Assembly (NCBI GenBank): GCA_046537875.1
Contig: JBKHJZ010000001.1
Span: forward strand, 16,253-80,252
Source: Acidimicrobiia bacterium
GTDB lineage: Bacteria > Actinomycetota > Acidimicrobiia > Acidimicrobiales > VFJN01
Direction: 5' to 3'
Length of the DNA: 64,000 nt
The translations under genes were made by a program, and so were the position numbers. Numbering within the stretch: the first letter of the stretch is position 1; every line of letters begins with the position of its first letter. The notes below the pieces were generated by a model. It was not told the origin of the DNA. It searched no databases and saw only the letters and a list, made by a program, of their open reading frames with translations. Positions 38,004 to 46,939 of the stretch are shown piece after piece.

Positions 38004-38021
38004 TTGTACCGACCGGTCATC
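38004..38021. promoter_or_regulatory. Operator-like site A: TTGTACCGACCGGTCATC
   Basis: It sits in the divergent gap between the ligase (start 37977) and the TetR gene (start 38066). It belongs to a 4-member motif family (see sites at 38770, 41041, 45526). Confidence 0.5.
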
Positions 38022-38065
38022 CTATCGACCCGACCCGCACCGGGGGGCCGGTAGCCTGCGGGTCC

Positions 38066-38707
38066 ATGCCGTGGGCCGATCCGAGCGACGACTCCAGTCG
38101 CAGCGACCGGTGGCGGGCCCGCCGCGCCGCCATCGTCGACACGTCGGCCCGCCTGTTCGCTGCGCACGGCTACCACGCCACGGGCATCAACGAGCTGTGC
38201 GACGCCAACGACCTCGGCAAGGGCGCGCTGTACCACTACATCGGCTCGAAGGAGCACCTGCTCGCCGCCATCCACGACCGGGTGATGGACGAGGTCCTCC
38301 GGGGCGCCGACCGGGTCGCCGAGGCCGGCGGGTCCCCGCCCGCGCAGCTCGCCATGCTCGGCGAGGAGCTCCTCGACGTCATCCACCGCTTCCCCGACCA
38401 CGTCTGGGTGTTCCTGCACGAGTTTCCCGCCCTCACCGGTGAGCGGGCCGAGCGCTTCCGGGCGCGCCGCCGGGAGTACGAGCGGCGGGTCGAGGCGGTG
38501 CTCCGGGCCGGCGTGGCGTCGGGGGAGTTCCGCGAGATCGACCCGTGGCTCACCGCCCGGGCGTGGCTGGGCATGCACAACTACACGTACCTGTGGCTGA
38601 AGCCCGGGCACCGCCTGTCGGCGAGGGACGTGGCCGAGCCGTTCGCCACCATCTTCCTGCGGGGCATCCAGGGGTCGCTTCCCCTCGGCTCCGGCCGCCC
38701 TGGTTGA
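38066..38707 (+). CDS. TetR family transcriptional regulator
   Basis: HTH GINELCDANDLGKGALYHYIGSKEHLL. ATG at 38066. Confidence 0.8.
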   Translation: MPWADPSDDSSRSDRWRARRAAIVDTSARLFAAHGYHATGINELCDANDLGKGALYHYIGSKEHLLAAIHDRVMDEVLRGADRVAEAGGSPPAQLAMLGEELLDVIHRFPDHVWVFLHEFPALTGERAERFRARRREYERRVEAVLRAGVASGEFREIDPWLTARAWLGMHNYTYLWLKPGHRLSARDVAEPFATIFLRGIQGSLPLGSGRPG

Positions 38708-38769
38708 CGCCGGCACCCCAGCCGCCGTCGTACCGCTCGGCGCTCCATGGCCGCGACGAAGTGATCCTA

Positions 38770-38787
38770 TTGGACCGACCGGTAGAG
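38770..38787. promoter_or_regulatory. Operator-like site B: TTGGACCGACCGGTAGAG
   Basis: It has the same core, ACCGACCGGT, as site A. It is located between the convergent 3' ends of the TetR gene and the SDR gene, which is an unusual position for an operator. Confidence 0.35.
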
Positions 38788-38804
38788 GCGGGTGGTCGCC
38801 CGGG

Positions 38805-39698
38805 TCAGTCGGGGTCGAGGTGCGAGAGGAACCGGGCCGACCAGTCCGTGAGGCTGGCCGGCACCGTGTAGCCGGCCTCGTCGTTGATCGCCGCCCAGTG
38901 CGCGGCGACGTCCTCGATCGTCGCGGCGCCGCCCTCGTCGACCCAGCCCGGGGTGGACGCGATGAACAGGCGGGCGAAGCGGCCGGCGCCGGCCGTGTAG
39001 ATCTCCCCGCTGACCCGGCACGCCTCGTGGGCGAGGTAGGCGACCATCGGGGCCACCCGCTCCGGCGGCATGTCCGGCCCGCCGCCGGCGGCCATCCGGG
39101 TCGACGCCGCCGGGGCGATGCAGTTCGCGGTGACCCCGTGCCGGGCGCCCGCCGTCGCGAGGCTCCGGGCCAGGCCGATGACCCCGCCCTTGGCCACGGC
39201 GTACGCCGTGTTGCCGGGAAGCCCGAGCATCCCCGTGGAGGTGGTGAGGACCACCCGCCCGTAGCCCCGGTCGACGAAGTGGGGCCAGGCCGCGCGCGCC
39301 GCGAAGAACGATCCACCGAGGTGCACCGCGAGGTGGGCCTCGTAGTCGTCGGTGGGCACGTCGGGGAACGGCGCCCACCGCATGATCCCCGCGTTGGCGA
39401 CGAGCACGTCGACGCGGCCGAACGCTCGAGCGGCGGCGCCGACGAGTGCCTCGGCGCCGGGCTCGGTGGCCACGTCGGAGGTGTCGGCGATCGCCGTCCC
39501 GCCGGCGTCCGTGATCTCGGCGGCGACTGCGGCGGCCGGCCCGGCGTCGGCGCCTTCGCCGGCCATCGATCCGCCGAGGTCGTTGACCACGACCGCGGCG
39601 CCCCGCTCGGCGAGCAGGCGCGCGTAGGCCCGGCCGAGGCCGCGGCCGGCGCCGGTGACGACGGCGACGCGCCCGTCGAAGCGGAGGTGCTCGCTCAT
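38805..39698 (-). CDS. SDR, multifunctional-enzyme-2 / 17-beta-hydroxysteroid-dehydrogenase-4-like (3-hydroxyacyl-CoA dehydrogenase type)
   Basis: TGAGRGLGRAYA...VVVNDLG, NAGI and YAVAKGG motifs. The C-terminal extension is typical of this SDR subgroup. Confidence 0.85.
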   Translation of the reverse strand: MSEHLRFDGRVAVVTGAGRGLGRAYARLLAERGAAVVVNDLGGSMAGEGADAGPAAAVAAEITDAGGTAIADTSDVATEPGAEALVGAAARAFGRVDVLVANAGIMRWAPFPDVPTDDYEAHLAVHLGGSFFAARAAWPHFVDRGYGRVVLTTSTGMLGLPGNTAYAVAKGGVIGLARSLATAGARHGVTANCIAPAASTRMAAGGGPDMPPERVAPMVAYLAHEACRVSGEIYTAGAGRFARLFIASTPGWVDEGGAATIEDVAAHWAAINDEAGYTVPASLTDWSARFLSHLDPD

Positions 39699-39732
39699 GG
39701 CCGGTCGGCGGATCGGCGCCGGCGCGGGCGGC

Positions 39733-40977
39733 TCAGGCCGGCACCGGTGCCAGGCCGAGGACGTTCGCGAGCGTGCCGCCCAGGATCGCCTTGCGCTCGT
39801 CGTCGGGAAGGCCGGCGAGCTGCGTGGCGATCAGCTCGCGGCTGCCACGGAAGGTGCCCTCGGCATGCGGGTAGTCGTTGCCCCACACGATGGTCGAGAG
39901 GCCGGTGATGTGCCGGCAGGCCACCGCCACCGGGTCGTCCTGGAACTGCACGTGGAACTGGCGCCGGACGTACTCGCTCGGCATCAGCGGGTACGGCCAC
40001 TTCTCGTTCAGGCGGAACAGCTGCGCCATGTCGGGCTGGTCGTGGGCCGGCCGGCTGTCGTCCCAGCGGCCGAGCCACCAGTCGGGGTCCTGGCCGGTGC
40101 CGGTGATCCAGCACTTGTCGAGGCCGCCGACGAGCGACGACAGCCAGTGGGCGTTGAACTCGATCAGGCAGAAGTGCAGGTCGGGGTAGCGCTCGGGCAC
40201 GCCGGCCCCGATGAGGTGGCAGATCAGCTGTTGCGGGACGATGGTGCCGTAGACGGCCTGGGTGACCATCCGCTTCGCCGCCGCCTTCCCGGTCATCGGC
40301 TGGTTGACCTGGGCGGCGTTCTCCAGCACCACCTTCAGCGTGGTGGCCTCGGCGTCGTCGACCTTCACGCCGCCGGTCTGGGTGTGGAAGAAGGGTTGCA
40401 CGCCGTTGGCCTGCGCCGCCGCCCACACCGGGTCGAGCTCGTGTGTGTGGTAGTTCCGCGGCGGCGTCGCCGGCAGGAGGATCGCCCGGAAGCCGTTCCC
40501 GGCCACCCGCTCGATCTCGGTGACGGCGTCGTCGACGTCGGTGATGGGGATCGGTGCCGTGAATACCAGGCGGTCGAAGTACGGCGCGAACCGCTCGACG
40601 ATGTAGTCGTTGTAGACCCGGGCGTGGGCCATCGACAGCTCGTGGTCGTCGGAGTAGAGGCCGAACAGCGACAGGTTCGGGTGCATGACCTGGACGTCGA
40701 CCCCGTCCAGGTCCATGTCCTCGAGGATGCACTCCGGGTCGCCCTCGGGCATGCGGCCGCCGGTCTGGCGGTAGCGGGAGATGGTCCAGCCCTCGTAGCC
40801 GGCGGTGTGCAGCCGGCGGAACTTGCGGGCGCCGCCCTCCACCCAGGGCTCGTCGAGCTCGAAGTCCTCCTCCCACACCGCGCGGTCGCGGAGGTGCCTC
40901 GGGAGGCGGGTCTTGAACAGGTCGGTCGGCTCGAGGACGTGCCCGTCCCCCGAGACGACGAAGTCCTTCTCAACCAT
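39733..40977 (-). CDS. Amidohydrolase-2 (PF04909-like) family protein, paralog B
   Basis: VSGDGHVLEP N-terminal motif and WGNDYPHAEG C-terminal motif. Confidence 0.8.
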   Translation of the reverse strand: MVEKDFVVSGDGHVLEPTDLFKTRLPRHLRDRAVWEEDFELDEPWVEGGARKFRRLHTAGYEGWTISRYRQTGGRMPEGDPECILEDMDLDGVDVQVMHPNLSLFGLYSDDHELSMAHARVYNDYIVERFAPYFDRLVFTAPIPITDVDDAVTEIERVAGNGFRAILLPATPPRNYHTHELDPVWAAAQANGVQPFFHTQTGGVKVDDAEATTLKVVLENAAQVNQPMTGKAAAKRMVTQAVYGTIVPQQLICHLIGAGVPERYPDLHFCLIEFNAHWLSSLVGGLDKCWITGTGQDPDWWLGRWDDSRPAHDQPDMAQLFRLNEKWPYPLMPSEYVRRQFHVQFQDDPVAVACRHITGLSTIVWGNDYPHAEGTFRGSRELIATQLAGLPDDERKAILGGTLANVLGLAPVPA

Positions 40978-41040
40978 CGTGCTCTACCTTCCCGAGCATG
41001 AAAATTGCGTTGTCGTCGTGCGCGAAAGCCCGTCCCCAAA

Positions 41041-41058
41041 GTAGACCGATCGGTACAA
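41041..41058. promoter_or_regulatory. Operator-like site C: GTAGACCGATCGGTACAA (reverse complement identical to site D)
   Basis: It lies 23 nt upstream of the cyclase start and 64 nt upstream of the divergent amidohydrolase start. The core ACCGATCGGT is a perfect palindrome. Confidence 0.5.
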
Positions 41059-41080
41059 CCCCGGCAACGAGGAGGACGAC

Positions 41081-42118
41081 GTGACGTCACGGTGGAGGCA
41101 GCGCCCACCGGGGTCGACCTGGGGGGACTGGGGTGACGACGACGAGCTGGGCCGGATCAACCTGCTCACCCCCGAGAAGGTGCTCCACGGGGTGCGCGAG
41201 GTGGAGCACGGCCTCTCGTTCTGCCTGAGCCTGCCGCTCGACCTGCCCGGCGGCACCGTGCTCAACCAGCGCCGCCGCCCGCCCCGCGTCGCTCCGACCG
41301 AGGACATGGAGGGCACCCCGGCCACCTTCTACAACGTCCACATGAGCGAGATGCCCGGCTTCGGCGACCCCAAGTACGTCGATGTCTGGGCCGACGACGT
41401 GGTCACCCTGGCGCTGCAGTACTCCACGCAGTGGGACTCGCTCGCCCACGTCGGCGCCGAGTTCGACGCCGACGGCGACGGGGTCGACGAGGCCGTCTAC
41501 TACAACGGCTACCGGGCCGGGGTCGATCTCGAGGGCCCCACCGCCGACGGCCGCTGCGTCGCCCACCACCTCGGCCTCGAGCACATGGCCGTCCACGGCG
41601 TGCAGGGCCGCGGCGTCCTCGTCGACCTCGAGGCCCACCTCGGCCGCGAGTGGCGGGCCGTCGACCTGGCCACCCTGCAGGCGATCATGGACGCCGACGG
41701 CGTGGTGGTGGAGCCCGGCGACGTCCTGCTCCTCCACACCGGCTTCGCCACCCAGCTCGTGGAGTGGGGCGGGGCGCCCGACCCGCGCACGGTCTTCACG
41801 ACGGGCAGCTACCTCGACGCCCACGACCAGGCGCTGCTCGAGTGGATCGCCGACAGCGGGATCGCCGCGCTCGCGGCCGACAACTACGCGGTGGAGGGGC
41901 TGCTCGGGAAGGACCGGGATCCCGCCCGCCACTCGTTCCTGCCCATCCACCACCTGTGCCTGTTCAAGCTCGGGGTGCCCCTCGGCGAGCTGTGGTACCT
42001 GCGCGACCTGGCCGCCTGGCTGCGGGAGCACGGCCGCAGCCGGTTCCTGCTCACGGCGCCGCCGCTCCGCCTGCCCGGCATCGTCGGCTCACCCGTCACC
42101 CCGATCGCGACCGTGTGA
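41081..42118 (+). CDS. Cyclase-family protein (kynurenine-formamidase fold) with a degenerate metal motif
   Basis: GTG at 41081 follows GGAGGA. The overall pattern is that of the putative-cyclase family, but the usual HxGTHxDxPxH region reads YSTQWDSLAH. Confidence 0.75.
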   Translation: MTSRWRQRPPGSTWGDWGDDDELGRINLLTPEKVLHGVREVEHGLSFCLSLPLDLPGGTVLNQRRRPPRVAPTEDMEGTPATFYNVHMSEMPGFGDPKYVDVWADDVVTLALQYSTQWDSLAHVGAEFDADGDGVDEAVYYNGYRAGVDLEGPTADGRCVAHHLGLEHMAVHGVQGRGVLVDLEAHLGREWRAVDLATLQAIMDADGVVVEPGDVLLLHTGFATQLVEWGGAPDPRTVFTTGSYLDAHDQALLEWIADSGIAALAADNYAVEGLLGKDRDPARHSFLPIHHLCLFKLGVPLGELWYLRDLAAWLREHGRSRFLLTAPPLRLPGIVGSPVTPIATV

Positions 42119-42351
42119 CCTCGGCCGATCGCGCGGTCGCTCGTTGCTCGATCGTGCCGGGTCCGGTGAGACCCTCACCATCATCACCGGTCGCCCCGCC
42201 ATCATGCTCGCTCCCTCGGACCACGTTCGGGGACCGCACGTGCTGCCGGAGAGCGTGCCGTTCGATCGGGCTGCCTTCAGCGGTGTGGCGGCACGCTTCA
42301 CGACGTATGATGGCTGCGGTCGGAGGCTGTCACTGACGGGGGGAGTGTGAC

Positions 42352-43878
42352 GTGCCTGTTCGTCGTCGCGACCTGCTGAGGGGCGGCCTCGCCGCCGGTG
42401 CCATGGTGGCGCTCGGCCCGAGGGCTGCGCTGAGCGCGCCACTCGTGACCCCTCGGGGTCGGGGCGCGCAGCGGCGTTCGGCGCTCTTTCCGGGCGTCCG
42501 CCTCGTCCATGCCGACCTCCACAACCACAGCCACCTGTCCGACGGTGCCGGTGACCCGTCCGCCTTCCACGCCATGATGCGGCGGGAGGGGTTGGACATA
42601 GCGGCGCTGACCGACCACACCGTCGCGGGTTTCGGGCGCCGGGACTTCTGTGCTCCGGTGCCCGACGTCGTGGGTGAGGCGAACCCGTGCCGCTCGATCC
42701 TCGGCATGACGGACGCGGGCTGGCAGACCACGCGCCGGCTCGCGGACGACGCCGACGCCCCGGCCCGGTACGCGGCGCTGCCCGGCTTCGAGTGGTCGAG
42801 CCCGCATCTCGGGCACATGAACGTCTGGTTCAGCGAGGACTGGATGGATGCGCTGCGGACCGGCGGCGTCACCGCCGACGGGCTGGCCCAGGTCGGCCTC
42901 CCGATCGAGCTGCTGGAGCTGCTGCTGCGGACGGAGTTCGGCGAGCTGATGACCGAAGCCGAGATCGCCGAGCTGCTCACCGCCATCCGCGACCAGGACC
43001 CGGTGGGCATGCGGCTCTTCTACGACTGGCTGCTGCGCCGGCCCGGCGACGGCGAGCTGGGCGGCGGTGCCGACGGGCTGACGGGGTTCAACCACCCGAA
43101 CCGTGAACCGGCGGTGTTCGACGACTTCGCCTTCGACGAGCGCATCGCCGACCGCATGGTGTCTCTGGAGCTGTTCAACCGGCGCGAGGACTACCTGTTC
43201 AAGAACCTGGCGGCCGGCATGCCCTCGCCCCTCGTGGCCTGCCTCAACGCCGGCTGGCGGGTGGGGATCATCGGCACCACCGACGAGCACGGCGTGCAGT
43301 GGGGCGTCGAGCAGGGCAAGGGTCGGACGGGGCTGTGGCTGCGAGGGCTGCAACGACGTGGTGTGCGCGACGCCCTGCTCGCACGTCGCGTGTTCGGTAC
43401 CCGGGAGGCGGGGTTGCGCCTCGCCGCAACCGCCGACCGTGTGCCCATGGGTGGCAGCCTCCCCGGACGTGCGGGCCGCACGAGATTCGCGGTCGATCTC
43501 GACCTGGGACCCGAGCGCGCCGGAATGCCCGTCGCGGTGCAGGTTCTGCGACCGGGCACCGAGGTGCCCCAGGTCGCCGACGTGATCACGGCCGAGTCCG
43601 CGCAGCCGCACGGGCGGCCCGGCGCCCGGCCGATCACCTTCGATGTGCACCTGGACCCTGACGACGGTGACTGGGTCGTGCTCCGCGTTGCGGATCCGGC
43701 GACGCCGAGCGACGCACCCGCGCCATTCGACCACCCGTGCAACGACTGGGCACTCGCCTACACCAGCCCGTGGTGGCTCGGTGCGCCGCCGCCGGCAGGC
43801 CGCCGGGGTTCCACGACCCTCGCACCCCGGGGGCGGGCTGCGCCCGCCGAGCCGAGATGGTGGGTCCACGATCACTGA
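42352..43878 (+). CDS. Tat-signal PHP-domain metallo-phosphoesterase-like protein
   Basis: The N-terminal RRRDLLRGGLAAGAMVALGP twin-arginine signal is followed by a HADLHNHSHLSDG PHP-type motif. GTG start follows GGGGGGA. Confidence 0.7.
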   Translation: MPVRRRDLLRGGLAAGAMVALGPRAALSAPLVTPRGRGAQRRSALFPGVRLVHADLHNHSHLSDGAGDPSAFHAMMRREGLDIAALTDHTVAGFGRRDFCAPVPDVVGEANPCRSILGMTDAGWQTTRRLADDADAPARYAALPGFEWSSPHLGHMNVWFSEDWMDALRTGGVTADGLAQVGLPIELLELLLRTEFGELMTEAEIAELLTAIRDQDPVGMRLFYDWLLRRPGDGELGGGADGLTGFNHPNREPAVFDDFAFDERIADRMVSLELFNRREDYLFKNLAAGMPSPLVACLNAGWRVGIIGTTDEHGVQWGVEQGKGRTGLWLRGLQRRGVRDALLARRVFGTREAGLRLAATADRVPMGGSLPGRAGRTRFAVDLDLGPERAGMPVAVQVLRPGTEVPQVADVITAESAQPHGRPGARPITFDVHLDPDDGDWVVLRVADPATPSDAPAPFDHPCNDWALAYTSPWWLGAPPPAGRRGSTTLAPRGRAAPAEPRWWVHDH

Positions 43879-43882
43879 ACGT

Positions 43883-45556
43883 TCAGGCGGAGCGTGCCGT
43901 GGCGCCCACGCGTGACCGGCGGAACGCCGCGTAGCCGGTGGCCTTCACCCGGGCGATCTCCTTGTGGAGCTTGGGGCGCCCGCCGGCGTTGAGGAGGTAG
44001 CGCTTCGGCTTGCCCGGGATGTTGCCGCCGACGTACTGGCCGATCGTCCCGAACGGTGTCTCGGCGGCGGCCCGGTCGACCATGTCGGTCCAGCGCCGCT
44101 CGGCCTCGGGCGTCACCTCGACGACGCCGTAGCCCTGTGCGCGTGCGTCGACGAGCACGTCGGTCACGAAGTCGACCTGGTCGCCGTTGTAGCGGGGGTT
44201 GTTGCCGGCGGCGGCGTGCGGGCCGCCCGGGAAGAACAGGTTCGGGAAGCCGGCGGTCTGGATGCCGAGGAACGTCGAGGGCCCCTCGGCCCAGTGGTCG
44301 GTGAGGGCGAGGGCGTCGCGGCCGACGATGCCCATGCGGGTCATGGCGCCGGTGCCGAAGTCGAACCCGGTGGCCCACACGATGACGTCGTGCTCGCGGC
44401 GGGTCGCGGTGGTCCGGATGCCGGACTCCGTGACCCGCACCATCGGCTCCTCCCTGAGGTCGACGAGCGACACGTGCGGCTCGTTGAACGCCTCGAAGAA
44501 GCCGGCCACGTACGGCGGGCGCTTCTCGCCGTAGCGGTGGTCGTTCGGGATCAGCTTCTCGGCCGTCTCCGGGTCGTGCACGATGCTGCGGATCTTGCCG
44601 GCGATGAACTCGCACCACTCCCGGTTGGCCTCGCCGTTGGTGAGGATGTCCGCGTAGTTGCTGGTGAACTTCATGAACCCGGGGCTCGCCCACATCCGCT
44701 CGAAGAACGCCTGCCGTTCCTCGGGGGTGTCGTCGAACGCCGAGCGCGGGTTCGGCGGGTGGTGGAACCCGTGGACGGAGCGGTCCACCAGATCGCACAG
44801 CTCCTCGAAGCCCGCTCGGAGCTCCGCCTGCTCCGCCGGGGTGATCGGCCGGTTGTTCAGCGGGGTGCACCAGTTGGCGCTGCGCTGGTACACGGTGAGC
44901 TCGGCGACCTCGTCCACCACCGCCGCCACCACCTGCACGCCGGACGACGAGGTGCCCACGACGGCGACCCGCTGTCCGGCGAGGTCCACGGGCTCGGCGG
45001 GCCACCGGCCGGTGTGGTGCTGCACACCGCCGAAATCGCCCCGTCCGGGGATGTCGGGGACGTAGGGCACGGACAGCACGCCGGTCGCAGCGACGAGGAA
45101 CCGCGCCCGGCTGGCGCCGCCGTCGTCGGTGGCGACCAGCCACGTGCCCGTCGCCTCGTTCCACCGCGCGGACGTGACCCGGGCGCCGAAGCACATGTGC
45201 CGGCGAAGGTCGAAGCGGTCGACGACGTGGTTGAGGTAGCGCTCGATCTCGGGCTGGGTGGCGAAGTGCTCCTGCCACTCCCACTCCTCGAACAGCTCCT
45301 TCGAGAACAGGTAGCCGTACGTGTAGCTCTCCGAATCGAACCGGGCGCCCGGGTAGCGGTTCCAGAACCACGTGCCGCCCACGCCGTCGCCGGCCTCGAC
45401 GAGCCGGGCGGTGAAGCCCTCCTCGAGGGCCCGGTGCAGCTGGTGGATGCCGGTGATGCCGGCGCCCACGACGAGCACGTCGACGTCTGCCGGCGGCGGT
45501 GGGGTGATGCGAGCGGTTCCCGATTTTGTACCGATCGGTCTACTGTAGGCAGCCAC
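43883..45556 (-). CDS. Baeyer-Villiger (type I flavin) monooxygenase
   Basis: DVDVLVVGAGITG FAD motif, BVMO fingerprint FGGVQHHTGRWP, and a second Rossmann motif VAVVGTSSSG. The start is uncertain: GTG at 45556 is the only standard start upstream of the conserved DVDV. Confidence 0.8.
   Translation of the reverse strand: MAAYSRPIGTKSGTARITPPPPADVDVLVVGAGITGIHQLHRALEEGFTARLVEAGDGVGGTWFWNRYPGARFDSESYTYGYLFSKELFEEWEWQEHFATQPEIERYLNHVVDRFDLRRHMCFGARVTSARWNEATGTWLVATDDGGASRARFLVAATGVLSVPYVPDIPGRGDFGGVQHHTGRWPAEPVDLAGQRVAVVGTSSSGVQVVAAVVDEVAELTVYQRSANWCTPLNNRPITPAEQAELRAGFEELCDLVDRSVHGFHHPPNPRSAFDDTPEERQAFFERMWASPGFMKFTSNYADILTNGEANREWCEFIAGKIRSIVHDPETAEKLIPNDHRYGEKRPPYVAGFFEAFNEPHVSLVDLREEPMVRVTESGIRTTATRREHDVIVWATGFDFGTGAMTRMGIVGRDALALTDHWAEGPSTFLGIQTAGFPNLFFPGGPHAAAGNNPRYNGDQVDFVTDVLVDARAQGYGVVEVTPEAERRWTDMVDRAAAETPFGTIGQYVGGNIPGKPKRYLLNAGGRPKLHKEIARVKATGYAAFRRSRVGATARSA
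45526..45543. promoter_or_regulatory. Operator-like site D: TTGTACCGATCGGTCTAC
   Basis: It is identical to the reverse complement of site C. It lies 41 nt upstream of the Rieske ATG, and inside the first ~10 codons of the BVMO if that gene starts at 45556. Confidence 0.5.
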
Positions 45557-45583
45557 GTGCCGTCGAGCCAGGAGAAGAGCGCC

Positions 45584-46939
45584 ATGGCGCCGGACCACCG
45601 GTCGCTCCCGGTCCCGTTCGCGGTCGAGGTGCCCGACCGCGTGGCCACGCAGCGCTACCACGACCCGGCGTTCTTCGCGCTGGAGACCGAGCTTCTCTGG
45701 CCCCGCGTGTGGCAGATGGCGTGCCGGCTCGAGCAGATCCCGGACCCCGGCGACTACGCCGAGTACACGATCCTCGACGACTCGGTCATCGTCGTCCGGG
45801 GTGACGACGGTGAGGTGCGCGCCTTCCAGAACGCCTGCCGACACCGGGGCGTCCGCCTGGTGGAGGGCCCCGGCCGCTGCGAGTCCGGCTTCACCTGCCC
45901 GTTCCACGGCTGGTGCTACGGCACCGACGGGCGCAACACCTTCGTCTCCCGCAGGCGCACCTTCTCCGAGCACAACCTCCGGGACGGCGACATCGACCTC
46001 GTTCCGGTCCGCTGCGAGACCTGGGGCGGCTGCGCCTGGATCAACCTCGACCCCGGCGCTCCACCCCTGCGGGACAGCATCGAGCCGTTCGCCACCGTCA
46101 TGGACGCCTGGCAGCTGCAGACACTGCACGCCGAGTGGTGGTACGCCTTCCGGCTCCCCGTGAACTGGAAGCTCGCCGAGGAGGCGTTCATGGAGCAGTA
46201 CCACGTGCTCGAGACCCACCCGCAGCTCCGCATCCCCGGCCGCTACCCGGCCAAGGACGGCTCCTTCGACCCGACGACGTTCCTCGAGTCCGAGCTGCAC
46301 TACCTGCGCGTGATGAGCGAGGGCATGTCCGGGATGGTCCACGCGCACGACGTGGCCGTGGCGGAGCAGCTCGCCCCCACCGTCGAGCTACCGGCCGACC
46401 CGGTGCTCGCCCGCCGGCACTGGGAGAGCGCCTTCAGCGATGCGGTCGTGGCATGGCACCGCCAGCGCGGCGCACCCATCCCCGACCTCGACGAGCTCGA
46501 GGCCGGCGGCCTGAACGAGCCGATGGGGTACTGCTTCCCCCACTTCTTCGTGCTCCCGATGTACAGCAGCGCCTCCTCGTACCGCTTCCGTCCGCTCGGC
46601 CCGGAGGAGACGCTCATGGAGATCTGGTCGCTCACGCGCTTCCCCGTGGGGGAGGAGCCCGGCCCGCTCCCGGTGCCGGAGGCGTGGGCGCACGACGACC
46701 CCCGGGTGCCGCCGATCCCGGTGCAGGACTTCTCGAACCTGCCGCGGCAGCAGCGGGGGCTGCGCACGAGGGGGTTCGAGTACATGCGGCTGTCCGAGCA
46801 GATCGAGGGGCACATCTCGAACTACCACCGGCTGATCGACGGCTACCTGGCCGGCTCGAGCCACGAGCAGCTCGCTCCCGCCCTGGAGCACGTCAACGTG
46901 AACCCGCTCGACCGGTCGATGGTGGACATCGGGCTGTGA
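45584..46939 (+). CDS. Rieske (2Fe-2S) non-heme-iron oxygenase, alpha-subunit type
   Basis: ATG follows GGAGAAG. Rieske motif CRHRG...CPFHGW, and a C-terminal catalytic-domain-like region with EQYHVLETH. Confidence 0.85.
   Translation: MAPDHRSLPVPFAVEVPDRVATQRYHDPAFFALETELLWPRVWQMACRLEQIPDPGDYAEYTILDDSVIVVRGDDGEVRAFQNACRHRGVRLVEGPGRCESGFTCPFHGWCYGTDGRNTFVSRRRTFSEHNLRDGDIDLVPVRCETWGGCAWINLDPGAPPLRDSIEPFATVMDAWQLQTLHAEWWYAFRLPVNWKLAEEAFMEQYHVLETHPQLRIPGRYPAKDGSFDPTTFLESELHYLRVMSEGMSGMVHAHDVAVAEQLAPTVELPADPVLARRHWESAFSDAVVAWHRQRGAPIPDLDELEAGGLNEPMGYCFPHFFVLPMYSSASSYRFRPLGPEETLMEIWSLTRFPVGEEPGPLPVPEAWAHDDPRVPPIPVQDFSNLPRQQRGLRTRGFEYMRLSEQIEGHISNYHRLIDGYLAGSSHEQLAPALEHVNVNPLDRSMVDIGL

Noticed and set aside
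42252-42297. A 9-bp stem (AGCGTGCCG / CGGCACGCT) and other small hairpins in the 233-nt leader of the PHP-domain gene, considered as a riboswitch.
   Set aside because: There is no resemblance to any riboswitch class I can recognise, and no conserved-looking multi-stem architecture. A covariance-model search would be needed to take this further.
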